This document shows positions 51,828 through 60,870 of a stretch of 64,000 bases of DNA, one piece after another. The DNA is from Escherichia phage HY03. Both the position numbers and the translations under genes were made by a program. The first letter of the stretch is position 1. Each line of letters begins with the position of its first letter. The notes beneath the pieces are model-generated. The model was not told the DNA's origin. It made no database searches and saw only the letters and a list, made by a program, of their open reading frames with translations. Where the stretch lies: sequence record NC_031047.1; one strand, 5' to 3'.

Positions 51828-52922
51828 ATGGCAATTGTTAAAGAAATAACTGCTGATTTAATTAAAAAGTCTGGCGAGACAATTTCAGCTGGACAGAGTA
51901 CTAAATCAGAAGTAGGAACTAAAACATACACAGCCCAGTTTCCAACTGGGCGTGCTAGTGGGAATGACACTACAGGGGACTTCCAGGTAACAGATCTATA
52001 TAAGAATGGATTATTATTTACTGCATACAATATGTCATCTAGGGATTCTGGAAGTCTCAGAACGATGAGATCTAACTACTCTTCTTCATCTTCTAGTATT
52101 TTACGTACAGCCAGAAACACTATCAGTAATACAGTATCAAAACTGTCAAATGGATTAATATCAGATAATAATTCAGGAACAATAAGTAAAGCCCCTGTTG
52201 CAAATATTCTTTTACCAAGATCTAAATCTGATGTTGATACATCATCACATAGATTTAATGATGTTCAAGAAAGTCTTATCAGCAGAGGCGGAGGTACTGC
52301 TACTGGTGTGCTAAGTAATATTGCTTCAACTGCAGTATTTGGGGCACTGGAAAGTATAACACAAGGTATAATGGCTGATAATAATGAGCAGATTTATACT
52401 ACAGCCAGAAGTATGTATGGTGGTGCTGAGAATAGAACTAAAGTGTTTACATGGGATTTGACTCCACGTTCAACAGAAGATTTAATGGCTATTATTAATA
52501 TCTATCAGTATTTTAACTATTTTTCTTATGGTGAAACGGGCAAATCTCAATATGCTGCTGAAATAAAGGGGTATTTAGATGATTGGTATCGTTCTACGTT
52601 AATTGAACCTTTATCTCCGGAAGACGCAGCTAAAAATAAAACACTATTTGAGAAAATGACATCGAGTTTAACTAACGTTTTAGTAGTTTCAAACCCGACA
52701 ATTTGGATGGTGAAAAACTTTGGTGCAACATCTAAGTTTGATGGAAAAACTGAAATATTTGGTCCATGCCAAATACAGAGCATCAGATTTGATAAAACAC
52801 CTAATGGTAACTTTAACGGATTAGCTATTGCTCCAAACCTCCCTAGTACATTTACTCTTGAGATTACTATGAGAGAAATTATCACGTTAAACCGTGCTTC
52901 TTTATATGCGGGGACTTTTTAA
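51828..52922 (+). CDS. 48: gp48 baseplate tail-tube junction protein
   Basis: 364 aa as T4 gp48. Confidence 0.9.
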   Translation: MAIVKEITADLIKKSGETISAGQSTKSEVGTKTYTAQFPTGRASGNDTTGDFQVTDLYKNGLLFTAYNMSSRDSGSLRTMRSNYSSSSSSILRTARNTISNTVSKLSNGLISDNNSGTISKAPVANILLPRSKSDVDTSSHRFNDVQESLISRGGGTATGVLSNIASTAVFGALESITQGIMADNNEQIYTTARSMYGGAENRTKVFTWDLTPRSTEDLMAIINIYQYFNYFSYGETGKSQYAAEIKGYLDDWYRSTLIEPLSPEDAAKNKTLFEKMTSSLTNVLVVSNPTIWMVKNFGATSKFDGKTEIFGPCQIQSIRFDKTPNGNFNGLAIAPNLPSTFTLEITMREIITLNRASLYAGTF

Positions 52923-53845
52923 TGTATTCTTTAGAGGAATTTAATAATCAAGCAATAAACGCAGATTTCCAACGTAATAATATGTTTAGCTGCGTTTTTG
53001 CGACAACTCCATCAACTAAAAGCTCTTCGTTGATAAGTTCAATTAGCAACTTTTCTTATAATAACTTGGGCTTAAATTCAGATTGGTTAGGATTGACTCA
53101 AGACGATATTAATCAGGGAATTACTACGCTAATTACTGCTGGCACACAAAAACTGATAAGAAAATCAGGGGTTAGTAAATATCTTATTGGTGCCATGAGT
53201 CAACGTACAGTTCAAAGCTTATTAGGCTCATTTACAGTTGGTACATATTTAATTGACTTCTTTAACATGGCATATAACTCATCTGGATTGATGATATACT
53301 CCGTAAAAATGCCAGAGAATAGATTATCCTATGAAACTGACTGGAACTATAATTCTCCTAATATTCGCATAACCGGAAGAGAATTAGACCCTTTGGTTAT
53401 TTCATTTAGAATGGATTCAGAAGCTTGTAACTATCGTGCAATGCAAGACTGGGTTAACTCCGTTCAAGACCCAGTAACTGGATTACGCGCTTTGCCGCAA
53501 GATGTCGAGGCAGATATTCAGGTTAATCTTCATTCTCGCAATGGATTGCCTCATACTGCGGTGATGTTCACCGGATGCATTCCAATATCAGTGAGCGCTC
53601 CTGAGTTATCATATGATGGAGATAACCAAATAACTACATTTGATGTTACTTTTGCGTATAGAGTGATGCAGGCTGGAGCGGTTGATAGGCAAGCTGCGCT
53701 TGAATGGCTTGAATCTGCTGCTATAAATGGTATTCAAAGCGTTCTCGGAAATAGTGGAGGTGTTACTGGACTATCTAATTCGCTTTCACGACTTAGTAGA
53801 CTAGGAGGAACCTCAGGAAGCATTTCAAATATTAGTATACTATGA
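52922..53845 (+). CDS. 54: gp54 baseplate tail-tube initiator
   Basis: 307-aa ORF (T4 gp54 about 320; start may be non-ATG upstream). Confidence 0.85.
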   Translation: MYSLEEFNNQAINADFQRNNMFSCVFATTPSTKSSSLISSISNFSYNNLGLNSDWLGLTQDDINQGITTLITAGTQKLIRKSGVSKYLIGAMSQRTVQSLLGSFTVGTYLIDFFNMAYNSSGLMIYSVKMPENRLSYETDWNYNSPNIRITGRELDPLVISFRMDSEACNYRAMQDWVNSVQDPVTGLRALPQDVEADIQVNLHSRNGLPHTAVMFTGCIPISVSAPELSYDGDNQITTFDVTFAYRVMQAGAVDRQAALEWLESAAINGIQSVLGNSGGVTGLSNSLSRLSRLGGTSGSISNISIL

Positions 53846-53893
53846 CAGGGATTGTCAATTCGCAGAGTAAAATATTAGGAGCAATATAACAAC

Positions 53894-53920
53894 GGGGACC
53901 TTTCGGTCCCCATATTTTTA
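53894..53920. terminator. bidirectional rho-independent terminator after gene 54
   Basis: Hairpin GGGGACC-TTTC-GGTCCCC followed by T-rich run. Confidence 0.6.
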
Positions 53921-54208
53921 TTTGCGGAATGAAATGAAAGCAGAAACTGAAGCAACTAAACTGTCTTCAATATAAACTTCAATTTTTACCGGAGCTTCTG
54001 ACTCAAATTTACCTGTTACTACACCCTGAAAAATACTTTCAGTCTGTTCTGGCTTTGAAAAATTTTCAGAAGGAAAAATTCCGAACTTTTTATCTGTTCC
54101 AAAAATTTTAATAAATTCATCGTAAACCGCTTCGTTAAAAGCATTATCAGCAGGAATAACGCCTTCAACTACAAGTTCTTGACCTAAAAAGCGTAAAGAA
54201 GATTTCAT
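53918..54208 (-). CDS. hypothetical protein (96 aa)
   Basis: Minus-strand ORF convergent with gene 54. Confidence 0.45.
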   Translation of the reverse strand: MKSSLRFLGQELVVEGVIPADNAFNEAVYDEFIKIFGTDKKFGIFPSENFSKPEQTESIFQGVVTGKFESEAPVKIEVYIEDSLVASVSAFISFRK

Positions 54209-54636
54209 TTTGTGTTCCTCATGTTATGTCAGTAAGACTACTATAACACAACACGAGGGACTTGTAAACTACATTTTGAACTTTTTAGTACGCGTAATAG
54301 GCATGCGTCGATTTTATACTGTTTCATTGTTTGAAGAGCAGTATCAAAAACAGCATTAATGACACCAATTGGATTTCCACCCAAGTTTTTAAGCTTAACT
54401 AATGATAGTTTCTAGTTTCTCATTAACACCTATCATTACGATATGCATCATTTTGTCGCCTGGTTTAACGTTTTATCTGTATCACCGCCAGAGGTGTATG
54501 TACAAAATCTAAATCCAGGAAGCACGCTTTCTTCGCCGGCTTGAATAGCAAAAATTTGTGGTATTTTATGCTTAGGATTTAAGTTAACAACCGGCGCCGA
54601 AGCGCCGTCAAATAATTATGTAATAAGTTCCATGAT

Positions 54637-55281
54637 TTATCCTTGAACGAACTTGTAAGGCATGTTTGCAATATCTATGCAAGACGCAATAATTCCAAGA
54701 GATGATTCTACTTTCTGTTTAACATTTGATGAAACAAATGATGCAAAGTCAACTCTGTCTTCTATTTCAATATCACCTGTCATTGCAACTACTTCACCAG
54801 TTTCCATTAGACGGTCACCGTCATAAATTACTGATTCGGTGAGTTCTTCCGTAGTCATAACTTCAGCTTGAATGAGTTTTGTATTATTAAATGTTGTTCC
54901 GTCATTATTAGAAGCATCAGTTATTTTATTAACTTTGACCATCAATCCACGTGGTAGAATAACTTCAGCTTCTGTTGCTATTCCGAGACTTCCTGGATAT
55001 ACAACATTAACTTTATGAGCTCCATCAATTGCCCATCCTATTTGAACTTTAACGTATTCAGGATTTTCTTTATACGCTCTTATTTCGTTTGGATTAATAG
55101 TTATTCCTTCTTCATTTTTATCAACTGTCAATTCATTACGAGCTTCTGGTTCTAAAAGACCGATACCAGCATGTGTAATTCCAAAACGTCCAAAAATGAT
55201 AGGAGTTAAAGAAGTAGATACAAAATTTCTGAAATAGAACACTTTATTTTTAACTAATGCTTCGTATATAGGAGCAGTCAA
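54637..55281 (-). CDS. ADP-ribosyltransferase-like protein, apparently N-terminally truncated (Alt/Mod-like)
   Basis: 214-aa ORF from a TTG start; STS motif (FVSTSLTP) and E-x-E (TEAEV) about 90 aa later, but no upstream Arg-motif region; in-frame stop 5 codons upstream. Confidence 0.4.
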   Translation of the reverse strand: MTAPIYEALVKNKVFYFRNFVSTSLTPIIFGRFGITHAGIGLLEPEARNELTVDKNEEGITINPNEIRAYKENPEYVKVQIGWAIDGAHKVNVVYPGSLGIATEAEVILPRGLMVKVNKITDASNNDGTTFNNTKLIQAEVMTTEELTESVIYDGDRLMETGEVVAMTGDIEIEDRVDFASFVSSNVKQKVESSLGIIASCIDIANMPYKFVQG

Positions 55282-55282
55282 T

Positions 55283-55633
55283 ATGAAAGGTAATGTTTAT
55301 TTAGTAGTTCATGATTTAACATTCTATTTTAATCATAATGATACTGTTATTTCTGAACGTGTAATTAATTTGCTTTATCAGCATGCAGATTATGTTTATG
55401 TCGAAAACGAATATGGTCATTGGCAATTTCTCAAAAATCGTTCATTTGGTTTAGATGGTTACGAATATTTTGATCGTAAAGACCTTTTAGATACAATTCC
55501 GTTATCTACACAATATCAAAATCATAAGTCTTTACATAAATGCCGGCTAATTCGAAATGCTGAATCCGCGTATGAAGCAATTGATTTATGGCGTAAACGC
55601 CGTGAACAGATTGATGCTTTAAAAGAATATTAA
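55283..55633 (+). CDS. hypothetical protein (116 aa)
   Basis: ORF with Shine-Dalgarno GGAG before ATG; begins at the synteny breakpoint. Confidence 0.5.
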   Translation: MKGNVYLVVHDLTFYFNHNDTVISERVINLLYQHADYVYVENEYGHWQFLKNRSFGLDGYEYFDRKDLLDTIPLSTQYQNHKSLHKCRLIRNAESAYEAIDLWRKRREQIDALKEY

Positions 55634-55639
55634 GAAACC

Positions 55640-55995
55640 GGGTCGCTACCGGTAAGTCGTCGGACTGATGTTCCCTGGAGTATAGTTTCCTCCCACAGTT
55701 TTACTGTGTTCTGGCTCTTTACTATTACAGCAGAAACGGCGCACCGAATTATCGATTCGAGGAAATATCTTTGCCATAAGCCGAGTAGCGTTTTTGACGG
55801 AACGTTCGGATATGGTCGAGATATGGCCTTTTAAAAATATTGAGTAGCGTCAACTACTTAATAACCGGGTTCAAATCCCGGCGTTTCGTACAAACACTTG
55901 CCTTAGCAGGTGGAACCCCGACAAGGTTGCCGCAAGGCTTAGCCCTGACCGAAAGGTTGGGGCTTTTTAGTTTGAATCACTCAGAGAATGCTGTT
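55640..55995 (+). ncRNA. candidate structured small-RNA locus
   Basis: About 400 bp with no ORF of 60 aa or more; tRNA-like T-arm CCGGG-TTCAAAT-CCCGG (55864-55880); terminal hairpin CCCTGACC-GAAA-GGTTGGGG plus T-run (55951-55976). Confidence 0.25.
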
Positions 55996-56043
55996 ACGGA
56001 TAATAAATAATTAATAACCAATAAATTATTTCAAGGATTTTAA

Positions 56044-56607
56044 ATGAAAACCTATGCCGAATTTTTAACTGAAGCAGCAAAATTACCATCTGAAGCAGAT
56101 CTTACTAAAGTATTCTTCCACTTGGACCCAAAAGACCGGGGCGATTTTCTTAAGTGGAAAGCTAAAGCTATTGAAATGTATAACATCGATAACAGTTCTT
56201 TTACGATGAGCCAAGAAAATAGTTTCAATAAAGCATTTTTCAAAATTTCTAAGAAATTGGCATCTGGCGCTCAGGTTTCTAAATCTGCATTAGCTACTCC
56301 TGAACGTGCACCTGTTAAAATTTCTAAGAATATGTTTGACACTAAAAAATATGTCAATGCTTTGAATAAAGCTCTTGATGCATTGGATGATGCAAAGAAG
56401 GCAGCCCGCGATCTTCAAGACGTGTATACCGATTTTGATCGTAAAACTAAAGGTTCTATTTCAAATAGCGAACGCAATAGTGTAAGTGTTTATTCTGATA
56501 GCCTTGATGTTCTTGGCGATGCATATACTGAAATTAAAAATCGTATTAACACCGCATCTAAGCTAAAAGCTGCTGCAGAAGCTATAATAACTAAACTAGG
56601 TAAATAA
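56044..56607 (+). CDS. internal-protein-like capsid-targeted protein
   Basis: 187 aa; N-terminal MKTYAEFLTE|A matches the T4 capsid targeting sequence cleaved by gp21. Confidence 0.6.
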   Translation: MKTYAEFLTEAAKLPSEADLTKVFFHLDPKDRGDFLKWKAKAIEMYNIDNSSFTMSQENSFNKAFFKISKKLASGAQVSKSALATPERAPVKISKNMFDTKKYVNALNKALDALDDAKKAARDLQDVYTDFDRKTKGSISNSERNSVSVYSDSLDVLGDAYTEIKNRINTASKLKAAAEAIITKLGK

Positions 56608-56615
56608 TTTTAAAT

Positions 56616-56640
56616 CCCTATCTAAATGATAGGGCTTTTT
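56616..56640 (+). terminator. rho-independent terminator
   Basis: Hairpin CCCTATC-TAAATG-ATAGGG followed by CTTTTT. Confidence 0.55.
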
Positions 56641-56762
56641 GGTATCTAGGCCTTTCCGGGCCTCTCTAGGCATCATTTAGTTTATATCCTTTATAATATA
56701 TTATCCTACCTTTTAATTGCCCCTCCCCGCCCTAAAATTCCCTAAAAATTTTTCACAAAACT

Positions 56763-56792
56763 GTTTACATCCCTGTTCTTCTATGGTACTAT
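56763..56792 (+). promoter_or_regulatory. T4 early-type promoter
   Basis: -35 GTTTAC, 18-bp spacer, -10 TACTAT, upstream of ORF 56836. Confidence 0.55.
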
Positions 56793-56835
56793 ATCAATAT
56801 CAACTACTGATACAGAAAACAACTTGGAGAATAAA

Positions 56836-57099
56836 ATGGATAATTACGGTGAACTGTTCAACTTCTTTATGAAATGTGTTTCAGAAGATTTCGGTCGTAC
56901 AGTGAATGATATTAAAGTTATCGGTCCTGATCATCCGATGTTTGAAACTTACGCAGTAATGGGTAATGAAGATGGTCAGTGGTATACTGTAAAGGTTGTG
57001 ATTAACATGTTCACTGCTGAAGGTTATGTTAAACTGTCTTCTAAAGTTTACCATGATAACGATGAAATCGCAGAAGAATATTTCAATAATATGAAATAA
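56836..57099 (+). CDS. hypothetical protein
   Basis: ORF 56824..57099; ATG at 56836 preceded by GGAGA. Confidence 0.5.
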   Translation: MDNYGELFNFFMKCVSEDFGRTVNDIKVIGPDHPMFETYAVMGNEDGQWYTVKVVINMFTAEGYVKLSSKVYHDNDEIAEEYFNNMK

Positions 57100-57167
57100 T
57101 TGTGTACAAACACCAAGGACGGTGTTATTATAGACTTATCAAAACAAATACAGAAACGGAGAAATAA

Positions 57168-57332
57168 ATGACTACTTTAATTATTTGGTTTGACGAAAAT
57201 GAAGAAACATACTGCGTGAACATTGGCGAAAGCCCAATGCCAGAATTTGAATCTTCGGATAAAAACTCGGTTGTATCTTGGGCTGAAGGTTATAAAGCAG
57301 CAAAAGGCGATGTTGAAATAGTTTACAAATAA
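57168..57332 (+). CDS. small hypothetical protein (54 aa)
   Basis: Below the 60-aa cutoff of the ORF track; ATG preceded by ACGGAGAAATAA; fills an otherwise empty 270-bp gap. Confidence 0.4.
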   Translation: MTTLIIWFDENEETYCVNIGESPMPEFESSDKNSVVSWAEGYKAAKGDVEIVYK

Positions 57333-57375
57333 TACTCTTATGGATTTTAAATCTTAATTAACCTAAGGAAATACT

Positions 57376-57969
57376 ATGAACACACTGAAGAAAATTGTTG
57401 AGTTTATTCGCACTAAACTTGGTTCTGCTATGGCTAAAAATTTATCCGTTGAAGAACAGTATACTGCTGCGGCAGCAAAACTACTTGATAAGATTAAAGA
57501 TCTAAAAACTGCTTCTGTTAAATCTATTAATGAAGAAAAGCGTATTCGTGAACTTATTGTCGAAAAGAATAAGCAGGCCGAATCAAAAGAGCGTGAAATT
57601 CGCAAGCTTCTTTCTGAAGGTCAAGATGTAACAATGCATGCTAAACTTGGTTTGCTATATCGTCGAACAGCTGAACAGTTGACTACTAAAGCTGATGGTT
57701 ATGCTGAAATGCGAATTGAAATCGCCAAGAAAGTAGTTGAGTTAGATGATGCTCGCCAAGAACTTGCAGTTAAATTGGAATATATCCGTGAAACTCGTGC
57801 AGCAAATGCCCTTGGAATTAGTACTGCTGATGATGTAGTTGAAATTGCAGCGCTGACTAAGGTTGATATTGAAGATACTCTTGCTCGAGTTGAAACCTTT
57901 AATGGTAATATTTCTGGGGTTGAAACTACCTCTGCCGATGTTCAGGAATACATTAATTCTCTGAAATAA
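57376..57969 (+). CDS. hypothetical coiled-coil protein (197 aa)
   Basis: Lys/Glu-rich helical sequence; hairpin GGGGCTTAGGCCCC downstream. Confidence 0.5.
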
Positions 57970-58010
57970 TGATAAGGGGCTTAGGCCCCTATTACTTGGA
58001 GTAAATAGGA

Positions 58011-58619
58011 ATGAAAATGCAAAGTGATTTCAATTCAATGTTTGAAGAGTTCCAAAGACAGGTTGATGTTCCAGACCAATTGCTAAATGCTCTTAAACGC
58101 ATGGCAGAAGGACGTAATTATTATTGGGGTTCTTCATATGAAACAGACGAAAGCCTTTCTGGAAGATTTTCCAGAGGTAAAAAGTCTTTAATACGTCCTG
58201 GAATACTTATTAACAGTATTGAATCAATTTATTCATTGACATGCGATTTTGATGTTGAATTTACTGATTTCATTTCTCCTGAATGGACAGTTTGTTATTT
58301 AAACGACGATTTTGATTATCTCGGTGTTTATAGTTTAAGTGACGCATGGTTTAAACGTAACTTACAAAAGTCAAATTTATTCTATATTGATACTACAGTA
58401 AAATTTCAGGGAAAGAAATATTTCTTTACTCTTATAGTTGATTCTGAAACGAAGCATGAAAATAAACGTATTCTTAGTAAAAGAAATATCTTGAATATTG
58501 TTGATGATCTTTTTGATAAATTAGTGGAAAATCCTAATTTTGAAAGTGATTTATTACTAGAAAAATTTGTTAAGGAATGTAGAGAATATGTCAAAACCAT
58601 CACTATACCTTCCAAGTAA
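58011..58619 (+). CDS. hypothetical protein (202 aa)
   Basis: First of four consecutive ORFs sharing a C-terminal F-x-x-E-C-R-K/E motif. Confidence 0.5.
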   Translation: MKMQSDFNSMFEEFQRQVDVPDQLLNALKRMAEGRNYYWGSSYETDESLSGRFSRGKKSLIRPGILINSIESIYSLTCDFDVEFTDFISPEWTVCYLNDDFDYLGVYSLSDAWFKRNLQKSNLFYIDTTVKFQGKKYFFTLIVDSETKHENKRILSKRNILNIVDDLFDKLVENPNFESDLLLEKFVKECREYVKTITIPSK

Positions 58620-58980
58620 ACCGTTGAAGTATGAATTAAAGCGTCAGATAATTTCTACTGATGTATTAATAGGTCCTGTTATACTTATATCATTTGTAAT
58701 TCTATTGATTATTGGAGGTGTTTTAGATGTTATGACTGATATTGATTCTGGCGAAATACTTGTGTTAATGCTAATTCTTCCATTAATAGTTCCATTTTTA
58801 TTAGTACCTATAAATTGGGTAGGATACTGGTATCAAGGAAGGCATTATCGTAAACGTGTACGTGATTGGAAAGCACAGTGTAAAAAGATTAAAAAGGAAC
58901 ACCAGCTTAAACTTGCTGCGTATGAATTTGATGAAATTATGAAATTTGTTAAGGAATCACGATGCAAAAGCCAAAACTAA
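58588..58980 (+). CDS. small membrane protein (two predicted TM helices)
   Basis: ORF 58567..58980; probable start MSKPSLY with RBS; hydrophobic stretches VILISFVILLIIGGVL and ILVLMLILPLIVPFLLVPI. Confidence 0.5.
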   Translation: MSKPSLYLPSKPLKYELKRQIISTDVLIGPVILISFVILLIIGGVLDVMTDIDSGEILVLMLILPLIVPFLLVPINWVGYWYQGRHYRKRVRDWKAQCKKIKKEHQLKLAAYEFDEIMKFVKESRCKSQN

Positions 58981-59324
58981 ATAAAGTCAAATATTCGCTT
59001 CCTGAGTCATTTTTAATTTTTGCTGTGGCGTTGGCTGCAGCTCTTGCAGGTAGTATTTTTGGATTGTTAATTGACTGTCTTATTTTAAACATCGACGACA
59101 CAGTAAATATAACAGAAGTTTGGAGTGAGCTTTGTTATACTAAAATTATTTCATTGTTTTCATTCTTTGGTACAATGTTATATTTTCATTATGATAATTT
59201 TAAAATAAATTGGCAAAGAAAAAAGGATTACAAAATACAATTAAAAGAATATAACAACTACGTGTCTTATATTGAAAAAGAATCAATGGAAGAGTTTGTG
59301 AGTGATTGTAGGAAAATCAAATGA
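58962..59324 (+). CDS. small membrane protein
   Basis: 120 aa; hydrophobic N-terminal segments; C-terminal ...EEFVSDCRKIK. Confidence 0.5.
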   Translation: MQKPKLNKVKYSLPESFLIFAVALAAALAGSIFGLLIDCLILNIDDTVNITEVWSELCYTKIISLFSFFGTMLYFHYDNFKINWQRKKDYKIQLKEYNNYVSYIEKESMEEFVSDCRKIK

Positions 59325-59809
59325 TTTTAAAAACTCGCTGGTATGATTTAGATGATGGGGATGATGGCATTTCAGTTGATAGAGTTGATTGGAATGGTTG
59401 TTCCGAAGATACAAAGAAACGATTAATTAGGGAGTTTAGAATGGGATATCAAGCAGCTAAACCATTTACTGTAACAGATGATAAATTCGTGTGTATTCAA
59501 AATGGTCGCGCTAAGTTAACGAATGCCGATTGGTTCACAGATAAGAAGGTTATTCTGTGGTATATCATTAGTCTTCCTATATCATCGTTCGTATTTTACT
59601 TTTTTATAAAAAATCCAATGGACAGAATAGGAGATTGGGTTCTTTTAACTATACTTGTTAATATTTTTACAGCAGCAGTATTATCAGGAATATGGCGTAT
59701 GTTCATTGAAATGCCATGGCGTTTACGCAGACAGCAAAAGATTTTTGATGAAAAGAAATATGCTCAAAATTTAAATAACTTTATCACTGAATGCAGGAAA
59801 TTAAAATGA
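59321..59809 (+). CDS. small membrane protein
   Basis: 162 aa; two hydrophobic segments; C-terminal ...NFITECRKLK. Confidence 0.5.
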   Translation: MILKTRWYDLDDGDDGISVDRVDWNGCSEDTKKRLIREFRMGYQAAKPFTVTDDKFVCIQNGRAKLTNADWFTDKKVILWYIISLPISSFVFYFFIKNPMDRIGDWVLLTILVNIFTAAVLSGIWRMFIEMPWRLRRQQKIFDEKKYAQNLNNFITECRKLK

Positions 59810-60246
59810 AAACATTATCAGCTGGTATTATCTTCATGACAGAAGATAAAGATTTATTTATGGGTCGGGTTACTGGTTCTCGTAAGCCTGGAATGATGGC
59901 ACATCGCTGGGATATTCCAAAGGGACGTGTAGAAAGTTCTGATTTGAATGCACTGGAAGCTGCAAAAAGAGAATGCTTAGAAGAGACCGGTTTTAGCAAT
60001 TATAATCCAGACCTTCTAGAAGACCTAGGTGTATTTAAATATTCTAGTAATAAAGACTTACAGTTATTTTATTATACGATTCCAGTAGAGCATGAGATGT
60101 TTAGAAATTGCCATTGTGAGTCTTATTTTGAAAATAAAGATGGTGTTATGATTCCAGAGATGGACGCTTTTGCTCTTATTCCTCGTACTCAGTGGCAATA
60201 TGTGATGGGTCCTTCACTTTACCGAATAATGAACAACCTCTTTTAA
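59791..60246 (+). CDS. nudE: Nudix hydrolase NudE (e.1)
   Basis: 151 aa; Nudix box GRVESSDLNALEAAKRECLEETGF; directly upstream of lysozyme gene. Confidence 0.8.
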   Translation: MQEIKMKTLSAGIIFMTEDKDLFMGRVTGSRKPGMMAHRWDIPKGRVESSDLNALEAAKRECLEETGFSNYNPDLLEDLGVFKYSSNKDLQLFYYTIPVEHEMFRNCHCESYFENKDGVMIPEMDAFALIPRTQWQYVMGPSLYRIMNNLF

Positions 60247-60777
<531 letters not shown>

Positions 60778-60781
60778 AGCT

Positions 60782-60811
60782 GTTTACTTTCTCTTAGAAT
60801 TGTGATAGTAT
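60782..60811 (+). promoter_or_regulatory. T4 early-type promoter
   Basis: -35 GTTTAC, 18-bp spacer, -10 TAGTAT, upstream of ORF 60871. Confidence 0.5.
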
Positions 60812-60870
60812 ATTCACAGTTACTTGAATAGACAATTACCAATTAAAATATTTACATTTAAAGGAAACAC

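Noticed and set aside
54637-55281. Full-length Alt ADP-ribosyltransferase
   Set aside because: T4 Alt is about 682 aa; only about 214 codons are open here, with a stop 5 codons upstream of the start, so it is a fragment at most.
55797-55888. Canonical tRNA around the T-arm CCGGG-TTCAAAT-CCCGG
   Set aside because: A 7-bp acceptor pairing (CGGAACG/CGTTTCG) can be drawn but it spans 92 nt and I could not form acceptable D and anticodon arms; kept only as a low-confidence ncRNA region.
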